Shown here piece after piece: positions 51,001 to 62,991 of a stretch of DNA of 64,000 bases (its first letter is position 1; every line of letters begins with the position of its first letter). The translations under genes were made by a program, and so were the position numbers. The DNA comes from an uncultured Methanoregulaceae archaeon. GTDB taxonomy: Archaea; Halobacteriota; Methanomicrobia; Methanomicrobiales; Methanospirillaceae. The stretch covers positions 1,600,001 to 1,664,000 of the forward strand of contig OY970343.1 in assembly GCA_963717525.1 (NCBI GenBank), given 5' to 3'. The notes below the pieces were generated by a model. That model ran no database searches. It was not told the origin of the DNA and worked only from the letters and a program-made list of their open reading frames with translations.

Positions 51001-54000
51001 CGTACCCGCTGAACCGGCCGGAGAGACGGCGGTGATACTGGTCGCTGAAACGACCGTATAACTCGTCGCACCGGTGGTCCCGAACATCACGGCTGTTGCT
51101 CCGGTAAACCCGGTACCGGTAATCGTAACCGTGGTTCCGCCGGCTACCGGTCCGCTGGTCGGTGAGATGCCGGTGACGGTCGGGATGGCATAGTACGTGA
51201 ACTGATCCGCTGCCGAGGTCGCACTGGTTCCGCCGGGCGTCGTGACTGTCACATCAACCGTACCCGTGCCTGCCGGCGATGTTATGGTGAGAAAGGTAGG
51301 AGAGGCCACGAGCAAACCGGTACCGGCTGTGGACCCGAATTTCACTACAGTTGCACCGGTAAACCCGGTCCCGGTCACCGTAATCGAGGTTCCGCCGGTC
51401 AATGGCCCGGCTGCCGGCGTTATTCCGGTAACTGTCGGGATGGGATCATACGTGAACTCATCCGCTGCTGAGGTCGTGCTGGTACCCCCGGGTGTTGTGA
51501 CCGTCACATCAACTGTACCTGCCAAACCCGCCGGAGAAACGGCGGTGATACTGGTCGCTGAAACGACCGTATAACTCGTCGCACCGGTGGTCCCGAACAT
51601 CACGGCTGTTGCTCCGGTAAACCCGGTACCGGTAATCGTAACCGTGGTTCCGCCGGCTACCGGTCCGCTGGTCGGTGAGATGCCGGTGACGGTCGGGATG
51701 GCATAGTACGTGAACTGATCCGCTGCCGAGGTCGCACTGGTTCCGCCGGGCGTCGTGACTGTCACATCAACCGTACCCGTGCCTGCCGGCGATGTTATGG
51801 TGAGAAAGGTAGGAGAGGCCACGAGCAAACCGGTACCGGCTGTGGACCCGAATTTCACTACAGTTGCACCGGTAAACCCGGTCCCGGTCACCGTAATCGA
51901 GGTTCCGCCGGTCAATGGCCCGGCTGCCGGCGTTATTCCGGTAACTGTCGGGATGGGATCATACGTGAACTCATCCGCTGCTGAGGTCGTGCTGGTACCC
52001 CCGGGTGTTGTGACCGTCACATCAACTGTACCTGCCAAACCCGCCGGAGAAACGGCGGTGATACTGGTCGCTGAATTAACAACATAACTCGTCGCACCGG
52101 TTATCCCGAACATCACGGCCGTTGCTCCGGTAAACCCGGTCCCGGTAATCGTGACCGAGGTTCCGCCGGCCAATGGCCCGGCTGCCGGCGTTATTCCGGT
52201 AACCGTCGGGATGGCATAGTACGTGAACTGATCCGCTGCTGAGGTCGTGCTGGTACCCCCGGGTGTTGTGACCGTTACATCAACCGTACCTGTCCCGGCA
52301 GGGGAAACAGCAGTGATACTGGTCGCCGAAACGACCGTATAACTCGTCGCACCGGTGGTCCCGAACATCACGGCTGTTGCACCGGTAAACCCGGTACCGG
52401 TGATCGTAACCGTGGTTCCGCCGGCTACCGGTCCGCTGGTCGGTGAGATGCCGGTGACGGTCGGGATGGCATAGTACGTGAACTGATCCGCTGCCGAGGT
52501 CGCACTGGTTCCGCCGGGCGTCGTGACTGTCACATCAACCGTACCCGTGCCTGCCCGGCGATGTTATGGTGAGAAAGGTAGGAGAGGCCACGAGCAAACC
52601 GGTACCGGCTGTGGACCCGAATTTCACTACAGTTGCACCGGTAAACCCGGTCCCGGTCACCGTAACCGAGGTTCCGCCGGTCAATGGCCCGGCTGCCGGC
52701 GTTATTCCGGTAACCGTCGGGATGGGATCATACGTGAACTCATCCGCCGGTGAGGTCGCACTGGTACCCCCGGGCGTCGTGACTGTTACATCAACTGTAC
52801 CCGTCCCGGCAGGGGATTTTATGGTGAGAGAGGTGGGGGAGGCTACGAGCAGACCAGTACCCGGCTGTGGACCCGAATTTCACCACAGTTGCTCCGGTAA
52901 ACCCGGTCCCGGTCACCGTAACCGTGGTTCCACCGGCTACCGGTCCGGCTGCCGGTGTGATGCCGGTAACCGTCGGGATGGCTAAGTACGTGAATTTGTC
53001 CGCTGCCGAGATCGCACTGGTACCGCCGGGTGTCGTGACCGTTACATCGACAGTACCCGCCGAACCCGCCGGGGAAACTGCGGTGATACTGGTCGCTGAA
53101 TTAACAACATAACTCGTTGCAGCAGTGGATCCGAACATTACCGCCGTCGCACCGGTGAAGACGGTCCCGGTGATCGTGACCGTGGTTCCGCCGGCTGCTG
53201 ATCCACTGGTCGGTGAGATGCTGGTTACGGTCGGGGCGGCAATGTACGTATATTTGTCCGCTGCTGAAGTGACGCTGGTGCCCGAAGGTGTCGTGACTGT
53301 TATATCGACAGTACCCGCTGAACCGGCCGGAGAAACAGCGGTGATGCTGGTCGCTGAAACAACGGTATAACTCGTTGCAGCGGTGGTTCCGAATTTCACT
53401 GCTGTTACACCGGTAAACCCGGTCCCGGTGATCGTAACGGTAGTACCGCCGGCTGCCGGCCCGCTGGTCGGTGAGATACCGGTGATGGTCGGGGCATACG
53501 TGAACTGGTCTGCTGCCGAGGTCGCGCTGGTACCCCCAGGCGTCGTGACCGTTACATCAACCGTACCTGTCCCGGCAGGCGATTTTATGGTAAGAGAGGT
53601 GGACGAGGTCACGGACAAGCCGGTACCGGCTGTGGTCCCGAATTTTACTGCTGTTGCACCGGTAAACCCCGTGCCGGTTACCGTAACCGTAGTACCACCG
53701 GCTACCGGTCCGGCTGCCGGTGAGATGCTGGTAACCGTCGGGACAGGATCATACGTAAACTGATCTGATGCTGAAGTCGCGCTGGTACCGCCGGGCGTCG
53801 TGACCGTCACATCAACCGTACCGGCTGTACCGGCCGGGGAAACGGCGGTGATACTGGTCGCTGAAACAACCGTATAACTCGTCGCAGCGGTGGTCCCGAA
53901 CGTCACGGCTGTTGCACCGGTAAACCCGGTACCGGTGATCGTGACCGTAGTGCCGCCGGCTACCGGTCCGGCTGCCGGTGAGATGCCGGTGACGGTCGGG

Positions 54001-55620
54001 ATGGCATAGTACGTGAACTTGTCCGCTGCTGAAGTCGCGCTGGTACCGCCAGGTGTTGTGACCGTTATATCAACAGTACCCGCTGTACCGACCGGGGAAA
54101 CGGCGGTGATGCTGGTCGCTGAAACAACCGTATAACTCGTTGCAGCGGCGGTCCCGAATTTCACCGCTGTTACACCAGTAAACCCGGTACCGGTGATCGT
54201 GACCGTAGTGCCGCCGGCTACCGGTCCACCGGTCGGTGAGATGCTGGTGACGGTCGGGATGGGATCATACGTGAACTGGTCTGCTGCCGAGGTCGCGCTG
54301 GTACCGCCGGGTGTCGTGACCATTACATCAACCGTACCCGCTGTACCGGCAGGGGATTTTATGGTAAGTGTGGTAGACGAGGTCACGGACAAGGCGGTTC
54401 CGGCTGTGGTCCCGAACTTGACTGACGTCGCACCGGTAAACCCGGTTCCGGTCACCGTAACCGTGGTGCCACCGGCTACCGGTCCGGCTGCCGGTGAGAT
54501 GCCCGTTACTACCGGGACGGGATCATACGTGAACTGATCTGCTGCCGAGGTCGCGCTGGTACCGCCGGGCGTCGTGACCGTTACGTCAACAGTACCTGTC
54601 CCCGGCCGGAGAAACAGCAGTGATACTGGTCGCTGAAACAAAGGTATAACTTGTCGCAGGGGTGGACCCGAACGTCACGGCTGTTACTCCAGTAAACTTG
54701 GTACCAGTGACCGTGACCGTGGTACCACCAGTCAACGGTCCGCTGGTCGGGTTGATTTTAGTTACGGTCGGGGCGGCAATGTACGTGAACTTGTCCGCTG
54801 CTGAAGTGACGCTGGTGCCCGAAGGTGTCGTGACCGTTACATCAACAGTACCCGCTGTCCCGGCCGGGGAAACGGCGGTGATGCTGGTCGCTGAATTAAC
54901 AACATAACTTGTTGCAGCAGTGGTCCCGAACGTCACGGCCGTTGCTCCGGTAAACCCGGTCCCGGTCACCGTGACCGTGGTACCACCGGCTGCCGGCCCG
55001 CTGGTCGGTGAGATGCTGGTGACGGTCGGGGCATACGTGAACTGATCTGATGCTGAAGTCGCGCTGGTTCCGCCTGGCGTGGTGACCGTGATATCAACCG
55101 TACCTGTCCCGGCAGGCGATTTTATGGTAAGAGTGGTGGACGAGGTCACGGACAAGGCGGTACCGGCGGTGGTCCCGAACTTGACTGACGTCGCACCGGT
55201 AAACCCCGTGCCGGTTACCGTAACCGTAGTACCACCGGCTGCCGGCCCGAAGGTCGGTGAGATGCCCGTCACAGTCGGGACGGGATCATACGTGAACTGG
55301 TCTGCTGCCGAAGTCGCGCTGGTACCTGAAGGCGTTGTGACCGTAATATTGACAGTACCTGTCCCGGTCGGAGAGATAGCAGTGATTTTGGTCGCTGAAC
55401 CAACGGTGTAACTCGTCGCAGCGGTGGTCCCGAACATCACGGCCGTTGCTCCAGTAAACCCGGTCCCGGTGACCGTGACCGTGGTACCACCGATCAACGG
55501 TCCGCTGGTCGGCAAGATACCGGTGACCGTCGGGGCTGCAGCAGATGCCGGACCTGCCATGGCAAAAAGAAAAACGATTGCAATAAAAAAAAATATAAAA
55601 GATGGCAGCGGTCGGTTCAT
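48084..55620 (-). CDS. Giant cell-surface protein: signal peptide, 26 IPT/TIG repeats, PGF-pre-PGF-like domain and C-terminal anchor (four +1 frameshifts)
   Basis: ~85-aa units PTVTGISP..GP.AGGT.VTITGTGF..VDVTVTTPGGTS..DQFTY; shifts at ~54600, 52861, 52554 and 48920; tail has YFTATTPGLSSFAI, S/T linker, TM and RRK; corrected ~2510 aa. Confidence 0.88.
48890..55535. repeat. Intragenic tandem repeat array (~249-258-bp units)
   Basis: Near-identical DNA units, including a 513-bp two-domain higher-order repeat (around 51242 and 51755). Confidence 0.92.
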
Positions 55621-56016
55621 CTTCTTAATAGTCCTATAACATAAACTGCCTCTATATAAAAGGACTTCTCATATAAATTTATTCCAGGAAATATAACTAA
55701 CTTTCTCTTTTACACTTACCTGAAGGAGCATTTTTTGCAAATGCACAAGTCTCCGGAATTCCAGTAGTTTATGGGATTATAACCTCATTTATCCGGGGTT
55801 TTTTGTTATACGCGTAAATATCCTGTCGTAAATGAGGAAAACATCCGTTCCTGTCAGCATTTTTTTATGTTTTTCCTGATCCGCAACAGGGGCTTCATGC
55901 CGGGGTATACCCCCTCGTTGTCCTGACGGGCTCGCGCAACAAATCCGTCTTATAGGAATACCCCCTGCCAATTTTCTTTTGAAAAACAACCGCGGGGTAC
56001 CCCTGCCGTTACCAGA

Positions 56017-56295
56017 TCACGGGCAGTAGCAGAGCCCGTTATCCGGAGTGGCGATTGGGGTGAGCGTTACCGATACCACGGGCTCCATGGGGCAGTTGCA
56101 GATTATTCGCGGGGGAGGCACGAGGCCCGTCGTGTTCGTGTTTTCTGTACCCGGGGTGACCGCGGGGCTTACCACCGGTGGAGCCGTGGGCACCGTGGCC
56201 TGCGCCCCGGGAGTGTTCACGCATGCGCATGTACACAGCGAGAGCATAACCAAGGCGGCGAGAATCAGGAAGTGGGGTGTCGTTCTCAGGTTCAT
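56017..56295 (-). CDS. Small putative lipoprotein with CxC motifs
   Basis: Signal ending CTCAC, P/T-rich linker, ICNCPM and terminal LCYCP. Confidence 0.55.
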   Translation of the reverse strand: MNLRTTPHFLILAALVMLSLCTCACVNTPGAQATVPTAPPVVSPAVTPGTENTNTTGLVPPPRIICNCPMEPVVSVTLTPIATPDNGLCYCP

Positions 56296-56414
56296 CGGTA
56301 TCATCCTGATATGACAGGAGCATAGGGACATGGTTGCTCACTACCCTGTCGATGGTGAATTTAATGAATTGCCTGCATGGTATGGGGATTTAGAGCGGAT
56401 GTTCCTGAGCCCGA

Positions 56415-59409
56415 TTATTTATTCATCTTCAGGTCAACACGCCGGTACGCGACTTTTGGCACCATCATCTCAAACCTAGCTCCCTTCCCGGGTTCGCCGG
56501 TCTCCCGGATGGAGATTCCGGTGATAGCAAGAATTTCCCGGGCAAGGAACAACCCCATCCCGGTGTTTTTGCCAAACTCCCTTTCAAAGATTTTCTCTTT
56601 TTCTTGTGCAGGTACGCCATCACCATCATCTTCGCACACCATACGATGACTGCCGTCGCTTTCATCAGCAGAGAACCGGATAGTGGTAATTTTCCCGCCA
56701 TGCCGTACCGCATTGTCCATTAAATTATGAAAGACCCTGGCTATCAGAGGATCGGCAAATATTTCCACGCCGGCAGGGATGTCATTTTTTATAACAACCT
56801 GTCCGAGCGGGGTCTGGATTGCTGCGTGCTCTACAAGCGCATGGCAGTCATGCCAGGCCGGGGCATTGACACCGATGTTCTCGTATTCTTTCGTGAATTC
56901 GATTATGGTGGAGATGCGGATTACAGCGTTTGTCGCCTTCTGGAGACACTCATTGAGTGAGAGTTCGGAGTGCTTCATTTCAAGAATGGTGAGGTACCCC
57001 CGAAGCACCGAAAGCTGGTTGTTGATATCATGACGGGTGACACTGGAGAGCAGGTTGAGCTTCTTGTTAGCGAGAAGGAGTGCTTCCTCTGTCCGTTTTT
57101 GCTCAGTAATATCCCGGACCATCCCTATCACACCGATGATCGTGCCATGGGCATCGTGGTTAGGGGAGAATATGCTCTTTGCCCACCCTTTTTTGCCTGT
57201 GGCCCGGATGACAAATTCGAAATCGGACGACGCCCCAACATTGCCTTCCAGTGCCTGCATCATCAGGAGATCGTTCCCTATTTCCTTGTGGAACGGGAAG
57301 AGGTCGAGCGCGTTTTCACCCACCACATCTGCTGCCATAAGGCCGGTCATATCTTCCATGAACCGGTTCCAGAGCCTTATATTCAGATCCCGATCATATA
57401 CGATGATTCCCTCCTTTGCTCCGGTGATTACCGTGCGCAGGAACTCTTCAGACTCCCTGATCTTCTCCTCGCTTTCCCGGAGTGCAGCCACGGCTTTTTT
57501 CCGTGTGGTGATATCCCGGAAGGTGACCTGGACAGACGGGATGCCATGGTATTCGACCGGCATTGCCGCAACATCAACGTCAATCGATGACCCGTCCAGC
57601 CGGAGAAATTTTTCTTCCAGAAGATTTACAAGTTGACTTTTTTCAGTCATTATCTGAACGCGTTCGGAGACAATCCCCCGGTAATCCGGGTGGACAAATT
57701 CCAGTACCGAATGGCCTAAAATATTTTCGGAACGATGAGCACCGAGCATACTGACACTGGCAGGGTTTGCATAAACAATCCGGCCTGAGGCATGCAAAAT
57801 AACAGCATCCGGAGAGCGTTCTACCAGCAGGCGGTACCGCTCCTCGCTCTCCCTGAGATCCCTCTCACTTTTTACGAGTGTCTCATATTGCGCCCGCAAT
57901 TCTTCTTCGGCCGCTGCAAGCTGTTCGTACGCTGCCTTGACCTCGTTCTCTGTCGATTTCCGTTCAGTAATATCAATCCCCTGCAACAGCATGTAGCGAC
58001 AATTGCCCAGCTGGATGCAGCTCCCCGGAAAAAAGAAATGTGTGGATTGAACCGGTCTTGCTCCGGAGCTGGAGCTCCACATCTCGTATTTTACCATCTT
58101 TGCAGACAGCCTGCAGGAGAGTATCCCGGTCTTCGTAATGAACAAACATCCCGAGATCCTTTGCAGTTTTCCCAATAATTTCATCCCGGGAAAAACCGGA
58201 CACATTCACTGCCGCATCATTAACTTCGATAAATGCATTGGTTTCAAGGTTGGATATGATCGAGACTGCAGGACTCCGGTAAAATACCGATGAAAACTTC
58301 TTTTCATTCTCTTTTCGTGATGTGATATCCCGCATCTGGACGATAATATGCTTTTTCCCGTGCCAGTTTATGGGGGCAGCTGCCGTCTCCCCATCGAAGC
58401 GCGTCCCATCTTTTTTAATTGCAATAATATCGATAGTACCTTTAAATCCACGCTGTCCCCAATGAAAAATTGCGTCACGGGATTCAGGAGTCATCATAAA
58501 ATCAAAACCGTTCCGGCCAACAATCTCTTCTTGTGTGTAGCCGAACATTGCGGCGAATTGCGGGTTGCAGTCCACAATAACACCCTTATCATGGATCATA
58601 ACTCCTTCCAGAGATACATCCGCAAGAGTCCGGAACCTCATCTCACTCTCAAGCAGTTCCTTCTCTGCTTTTTTGCGTTCAGATATATCAATAAAGGATT
58701 CCAACAGGACGTTCCTGTTATCGATTTGTATCGGGACGACGGTCTTGATAACAGGTATTTGCGATCCATCTTTTTTGATGAGGATCCGCTCTGAAGAGTT
58801 AACCGTCTGGCCGAGATCCGTTACCGGGCATTTTCCCTCTTCTGAGGGACATATGAATTTATGACATATGGTACCGGTAACCTCGTTTTCTGACGCGCTT
58901 AGAAGCTCCAGTGCCTTAGAGTTTGACTGAATTATTTTATGCGACCCGGCATCCACGAGAATAATGCCGACCTGGGCTGAGTTGAGGATGGTGCTCAGTC
59001 GCTCTTCACTAATGCGGACAGCCTTTTCCATCAGTCTTCTCTGGATGGCCTGGCGGATCTTGTGGGAGAGCTCGGCAAATTGGGGTTTTGGGTCACCGCC
59101 TTTCTGAAGGTAAAAGTCAGCGCCTTCATTTAATGCCTGTATGACAACTTCTTCATGTCCCCGTCCGGTGAACAGGATAAAGGGAACCTTATTCCCCGAA
59201 TTCCTGACCTTCTTTAAAAATTCAATGCCATCCATCTCAGGCATCTGGTAATCAGCGATGACGGCATCGTAGGTCCGGGTATTCAGGAGCGATAGTGCCG
59301 ATGTGACGGAGGGTTCGGTGTCGACGCTGAACTGACCGCTCCGCTCAAGGTACAGCTTAACGATCTCGAGAAGGGCTGATTCATTATCAACATAAAGAAT
59401 GCGATAAAT
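56415..59409 (-). CDS. Hybrid REC-multiPAS histidine kinase (+1 frameshift at ~58018; apparent ATT start)
   Basis: REC (YRILYVDNE..DYQMPEMDG..FTGRG), about five PAS domains, RHDINNQL H-box, NLMDNAVRHG, DDGDG, GMGL. Confidence 0.85.
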
Positions 59410-59777
59410 GAAGATCCCTCAATATAGTATCCCTATCCTCTAAATTCTAAATAAAACTACCCTACTCTACAATTATGTTCATTTTCATCGCCCGAACCCC
59501 CAATCCTGAGGGATCAAAAGTGTGTTCTGATGCCCTCCCGTGACTTTTGATATTTGATAAAGACAGGTGATCGGCAAGAGAGAAATGCCAATAAAAAGCA
59601 TAGTGGATCGTGCGGTGCATGGCCCCATGGCCACGATGACTTATCTTAGAGTAATCAGCACTGCAGGCGGTAATCCATACGTATGTTTTAAAAATATAAA
59701 TGATACTTTTGTAATACTTAAAGACTATTTCGTGTTATTAATAGCATTTTTATATTAATTAAACAAATTTTAGAGTA

Positions 59778-60074
59778 ATGGTGGAAAAGGATCCCGCAAG
59801 TCGTGGGGAGCGTGTGGCAATCTCCTACAAAATGCCTCCCAATATCTATGAAAAGCTCAATAAACTCGTGTATGAGGAAAAGAAATTCACTACGATCTCC
59901 GACTGCATCACGCAGGCTTTGGCATCCTTCGTCGATGATCACCACGATGTGGAACACATCAAAGAAGAGTTTAAGGGCTACATATCATCTGAGGAGGGGC
60001 GGGATCTCATGAGAATCTTATTGAAAGATGTGATGCTGGATATGTTATCCAACCAGAAGATCGATCCAAAGTAA
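59778..60074 (+). CDS. Ribbon-helix-helix (CopG-like) DNA-binding protein
   Basis: RVAISYKMP...YEKLNKLV....FTTISDCITQAL strand-helix-helix pattern. Confidence 0.7.
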   Translation: MVEKDPASRGERVAISYKMPPNIYEKLNKLVYEEKKFTTISDCITQALASFVDDHHDVEHIKEEFKGYISSEEGRDLMRILLKDVMLDMLSNQKIDPK

Positions 60075-60375
60075 TGCAAGAGTAATCCATAGAGAACAAA
60101 CTACCCTCTCCGCCATTTTCATCGGTTTAATACCGCTCTGCCCAGGTCGCATTGGCCATTGTTCCGATGATCGCGGTCTGGCCCCTGGTTTACCGGTTCA
60201 CGGGTCCTGACGCTTGTCGGGGCTTTTATAAGAATTACTAACCCTGCGACATCAGACAGTAATCCTGGTTGTACTAACCTGCAGGTTCGATCAATTCACC
60301 CGGGCCATCCATGGAATATATACTCCCCCGCCCGTGACATGTGGGACATACAAATGTAAAGCTTGGAGAACATGT

Positions 60376-60948
60376 ATGTCCCAACTTGTTATAGAAACTG
60401 ACGCGATCAAAAAAGCAGTACTCTACTTTTTTGCTATCGCAGGTATCGCAATCATCGGTTGCGTTATGGGGATGAACATCGTGGATCATTACAGCAACCT
60501 GCAGGCGCAACAAACGGTTGCTCCTGTGGTTGCTACACCAACCCCGGCTCCCGCACCAACCGTCGCACAGGCACTGTACCCTACCGTCATTGAATTTACG
60601 GTGCTGTCAACGACCATCGCGAACGGGCATTATACCGTTTACACAACCACCGGGCAAACCGTATACATGCCGGATTTCTATTCGTGGAATTCTTTGCTGC
60701 CGCAAAACACATACTCCGCAACTATCACCGGGGCCGAGGCCAATGGTGCGCTTGATGCAGGTACGGTAAACCTGATCTCTCTCCATTATCCGACGGCTAT
60801 CGGCCAGTTAAATTCTTATCCGGTCTACTATTACTATAACGGGATGTACTACCAGTACGATGGCCATTCCAGTACCCAGGTGGCGCAAAAGGAAGTTACC
60901 GGGCAGAGAGTGATAGAAGGACAGCCACCCAATGTGATTATTGAATGA
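60376..60948 (+). CDS. Membrane-anchored/secreted hypothetical protein, paralogue 1
   Basis: GGAG SD, N-terminal TM, PT-rich linker, one copy of a ~55-aa FTVLSTT..NGHY..GALD domain, Tyr-rich tail. Confidence 0.75.
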   Translation: MSQLVIETDAIKKAVLYFFAIAGIAIIGCVMGMNIVDHYSNLQAQQTVAPVVATPTPAPAPTVAQALYPTVIEFTVLSTTIANGHYTVYTTTGQTVYMPDFYSWNSLLPQNTYSATITGAEANGALDAGTVNLISLHYPTAIGQLNSYPVYYYYNGMYYQYDGHSSTQVAQKEVTGQRVIEGQPPNVIIE

Positions 60949-61152
60949 TCCAACCCTTTTTCTCTTACTTTTACTCTGTCTGATCCGCAAATCCCGGGGC
61001 CAGGCCACGCGACCGTAACGAACCGGGCGATCTTCCTTTTTTTCATAGTACTAACCTGCAGGTTCAATCACATCACCCGGGCCATCCATGGAATATATGC
61101 CAGTCGCCTCGTGAGATGTGAGACATACAAATGTAAAGCCTGGAGAACATTT

Positions 61153-62142
61153 ATGTCCCAACTTGTTATAGAAACGGATACGATCAAAAAAGGAGCACTC
61201 TACTTTTTTGCTATCGTGGGCATCGTAATTATCGGATGCATAATGGGGATGAACATCGTGGATCATTTCAGCAGCCTGGAGGCACAACAAACAGTTGCCC
61301 CTGTGGCTGCAACACCAACCCCGGCTCCCGCGCCAACAATCGCACAGGAAACGTACCCGGCTAACTTGGATTTTACGGTGCTGTCAGCCACCGCAGCCAA
61401 TGGGCATTATACCGTTTACACAACCACCGGGCAGACCTTATACCTGCCGGATTTCAATTCCTGGAATTCCATGCTCCCGCAGGACTCCTACTCTGCAACT
61501 ATTACCGGGGCGGAGACGAACGGAGCGCTGGATGTGGGGGCAGTAAATCGTGCATCCTTTACGGTTACGGTTCCCGCGTTAACAGGAGCAGTTCAGGTAT
61601 CACAATACCCCTATCTCACAGAATTTACGGTTCTTTCGACCACGATGGCGAACGGCTATTATGAGGTATTGACAACCACCGGGCAAACCCTGTACATGGC
61701 GGATTTCAATTCCTGGAATTCTTTGCTCCCGCAGGACACCTATTCTGCTACTATTATCGGGGCAGAGGCTGATGGTGCGCTGGATGTCGGGACGCTCAAT
61801 GGCGGTACAGTGAATCCGGATTCCCAGGAGATTTATTCAACGACTGCATACCAGTCATCTTACCCGGTATCCTCCTCAGTGAGTGGAGCGATGGCGTTAC
61901 CCCAGACCTGGACCCTCCTTGGCTTATCGCATACCGGCACCATCACGCTGAACCCGGATGGCACCGGCTCGGCAACGATTGATAATTACCCGACGATCAC
62001 GTTCCCGTACAAGATGGCAGCAGATGGCACGGATGGTATTGCGTCGTACAGGTTCTGGTCGGTCCCGTTCAGGTACGATCCGGTCAATGATGTGATTACT
62101 TCGTCGAATTACCCGGGTGCCGAACTCGTACCAACGGGATAA
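61153..62142 (+). CDS. Membrane-anchored/secreted hypothetical protein, paralogue 2
   Basis: Same N-terminus as 60376; two copies of the repeat domain plus a different C-terminal beta-rich domain. Confidence 0.75.
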   Translation: MSQLVIETDTIKKGALYFFAIVGIVIIGCIMGMNIVDHFSSLEAQQTVAPVAATPTPAPAPTIAQETYPANLDFTVLSATAANGHYTVYTTTGQTLYLPDFNSWNSMLPQDSYSATITGAETNGALDVGAVNRASFTVTVPALTGAVQVSQYPYLTEFTVLSTTMANGYYEVLTTTGQTLYMADFNSWNSLLPQDTYSATIIGAEADGALDVGTLNGGTVNPDSQEIYSTTAYQSSYPVSSSVSGAMALPQTWTLLGLSHTGTITLNPDGTGSATIDNYPTITFPYKMAADGTDGIASYRFWSVPFRYDPVNDVITSSNYPGAELVPTG

Positions 62143-62167
62143 AAATCTTATTTTAAAAAAGGAAACG

Positions 62168-62817
62168 TTATTCGCTGTCCTGCGGCGCCTGTTCAAGGTA
62201 GAACACATCGGTCGCATACGAATGGATGGTGCCATTGGTGGTGGCTGCATCGACATCAGCCTGCTCATACTGCTGATCAGGTGCTGCGGGAGCGTCGCGT
62301 ACTGCGGGTCGAGCGTATAATCCCGGATAATGTCGGGAGCGCCCGAATTCCCGGCGTAACTCACCTTCACGAGATAGTGAGCGTTCCCCAGCGCCGACCA
62401 TGTCCCCGATCCGGATACAGTAGGCGACGGGATCTTGACGTTTCCGGAAACGGTGACTATATTCCCTGCCTTGTAGATGACGGTGCCGTCGGGATAAAAC
62501 TGGAATTCATAGCCGGTGACCCCATCGGCGTTCTGCCGGATCCAGCGGTGGAGGATCGGGTCGGGTGCAGCCGTGGTCGCGGTCGTTACGACGACCATTG
62601 TCGGGGGAGCAGTGTACGGCTGGCTGGAGCATGACATCGTCTGCGGGTTCCAGTAACAGTTGGGAGCGGTTGGCGCCGGGGTGACAGTCACGGTGACATA
62701 AATAACCTGCGGGGTCGGCGTGGCTGGTGTGCCCGATGAACCTGTACCGGTGCACCCCGCCGCGAGGATCACCACAATACAGGCAATAAGGAGGATAAGA
62801 ACGGGGGATATTTTCAT
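62168..62817 (-). CDS. Putative lipoprotein (-1 frameshift at ~62273)
   Basis: Lipobox ILAAGC, PT-rich linker, beta-rich domain (F.PDGT..GTW); the shifted frame ends ..YEQADVDAA..VFYLEQAPQDSE-stop. Confidence 0.65.
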
Positions 62818-62991
62818 ACGTTTCTCTGGTCTTTCAGGACACTATAATCGTTGTGATCTGATCACCGGTTTGTCACTCCTGTGGATTTTTTCACTGCGTT
62901 TTTTGGCAGGAGAGACAGGAAAAGGCCGGACTGGGATCATTGGCAAAACTCCCGTGGATCCGGGAATCCAAAAAAATAAGTACAGGCCTTT

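Noticed and set aside
48890..55535. CRISPR array or DGR-like repeat system
   Set aside because: The repeats are contiguous, in-frame protein-domain units with no unique spacers, cas genes or reverse transcriptase.
49073..55639. Many similar plus-strand ORFs (MVPNITAVAPVNPVPV...)
   Set aside because: They are antisense shadows of the IPT-repeat gene.
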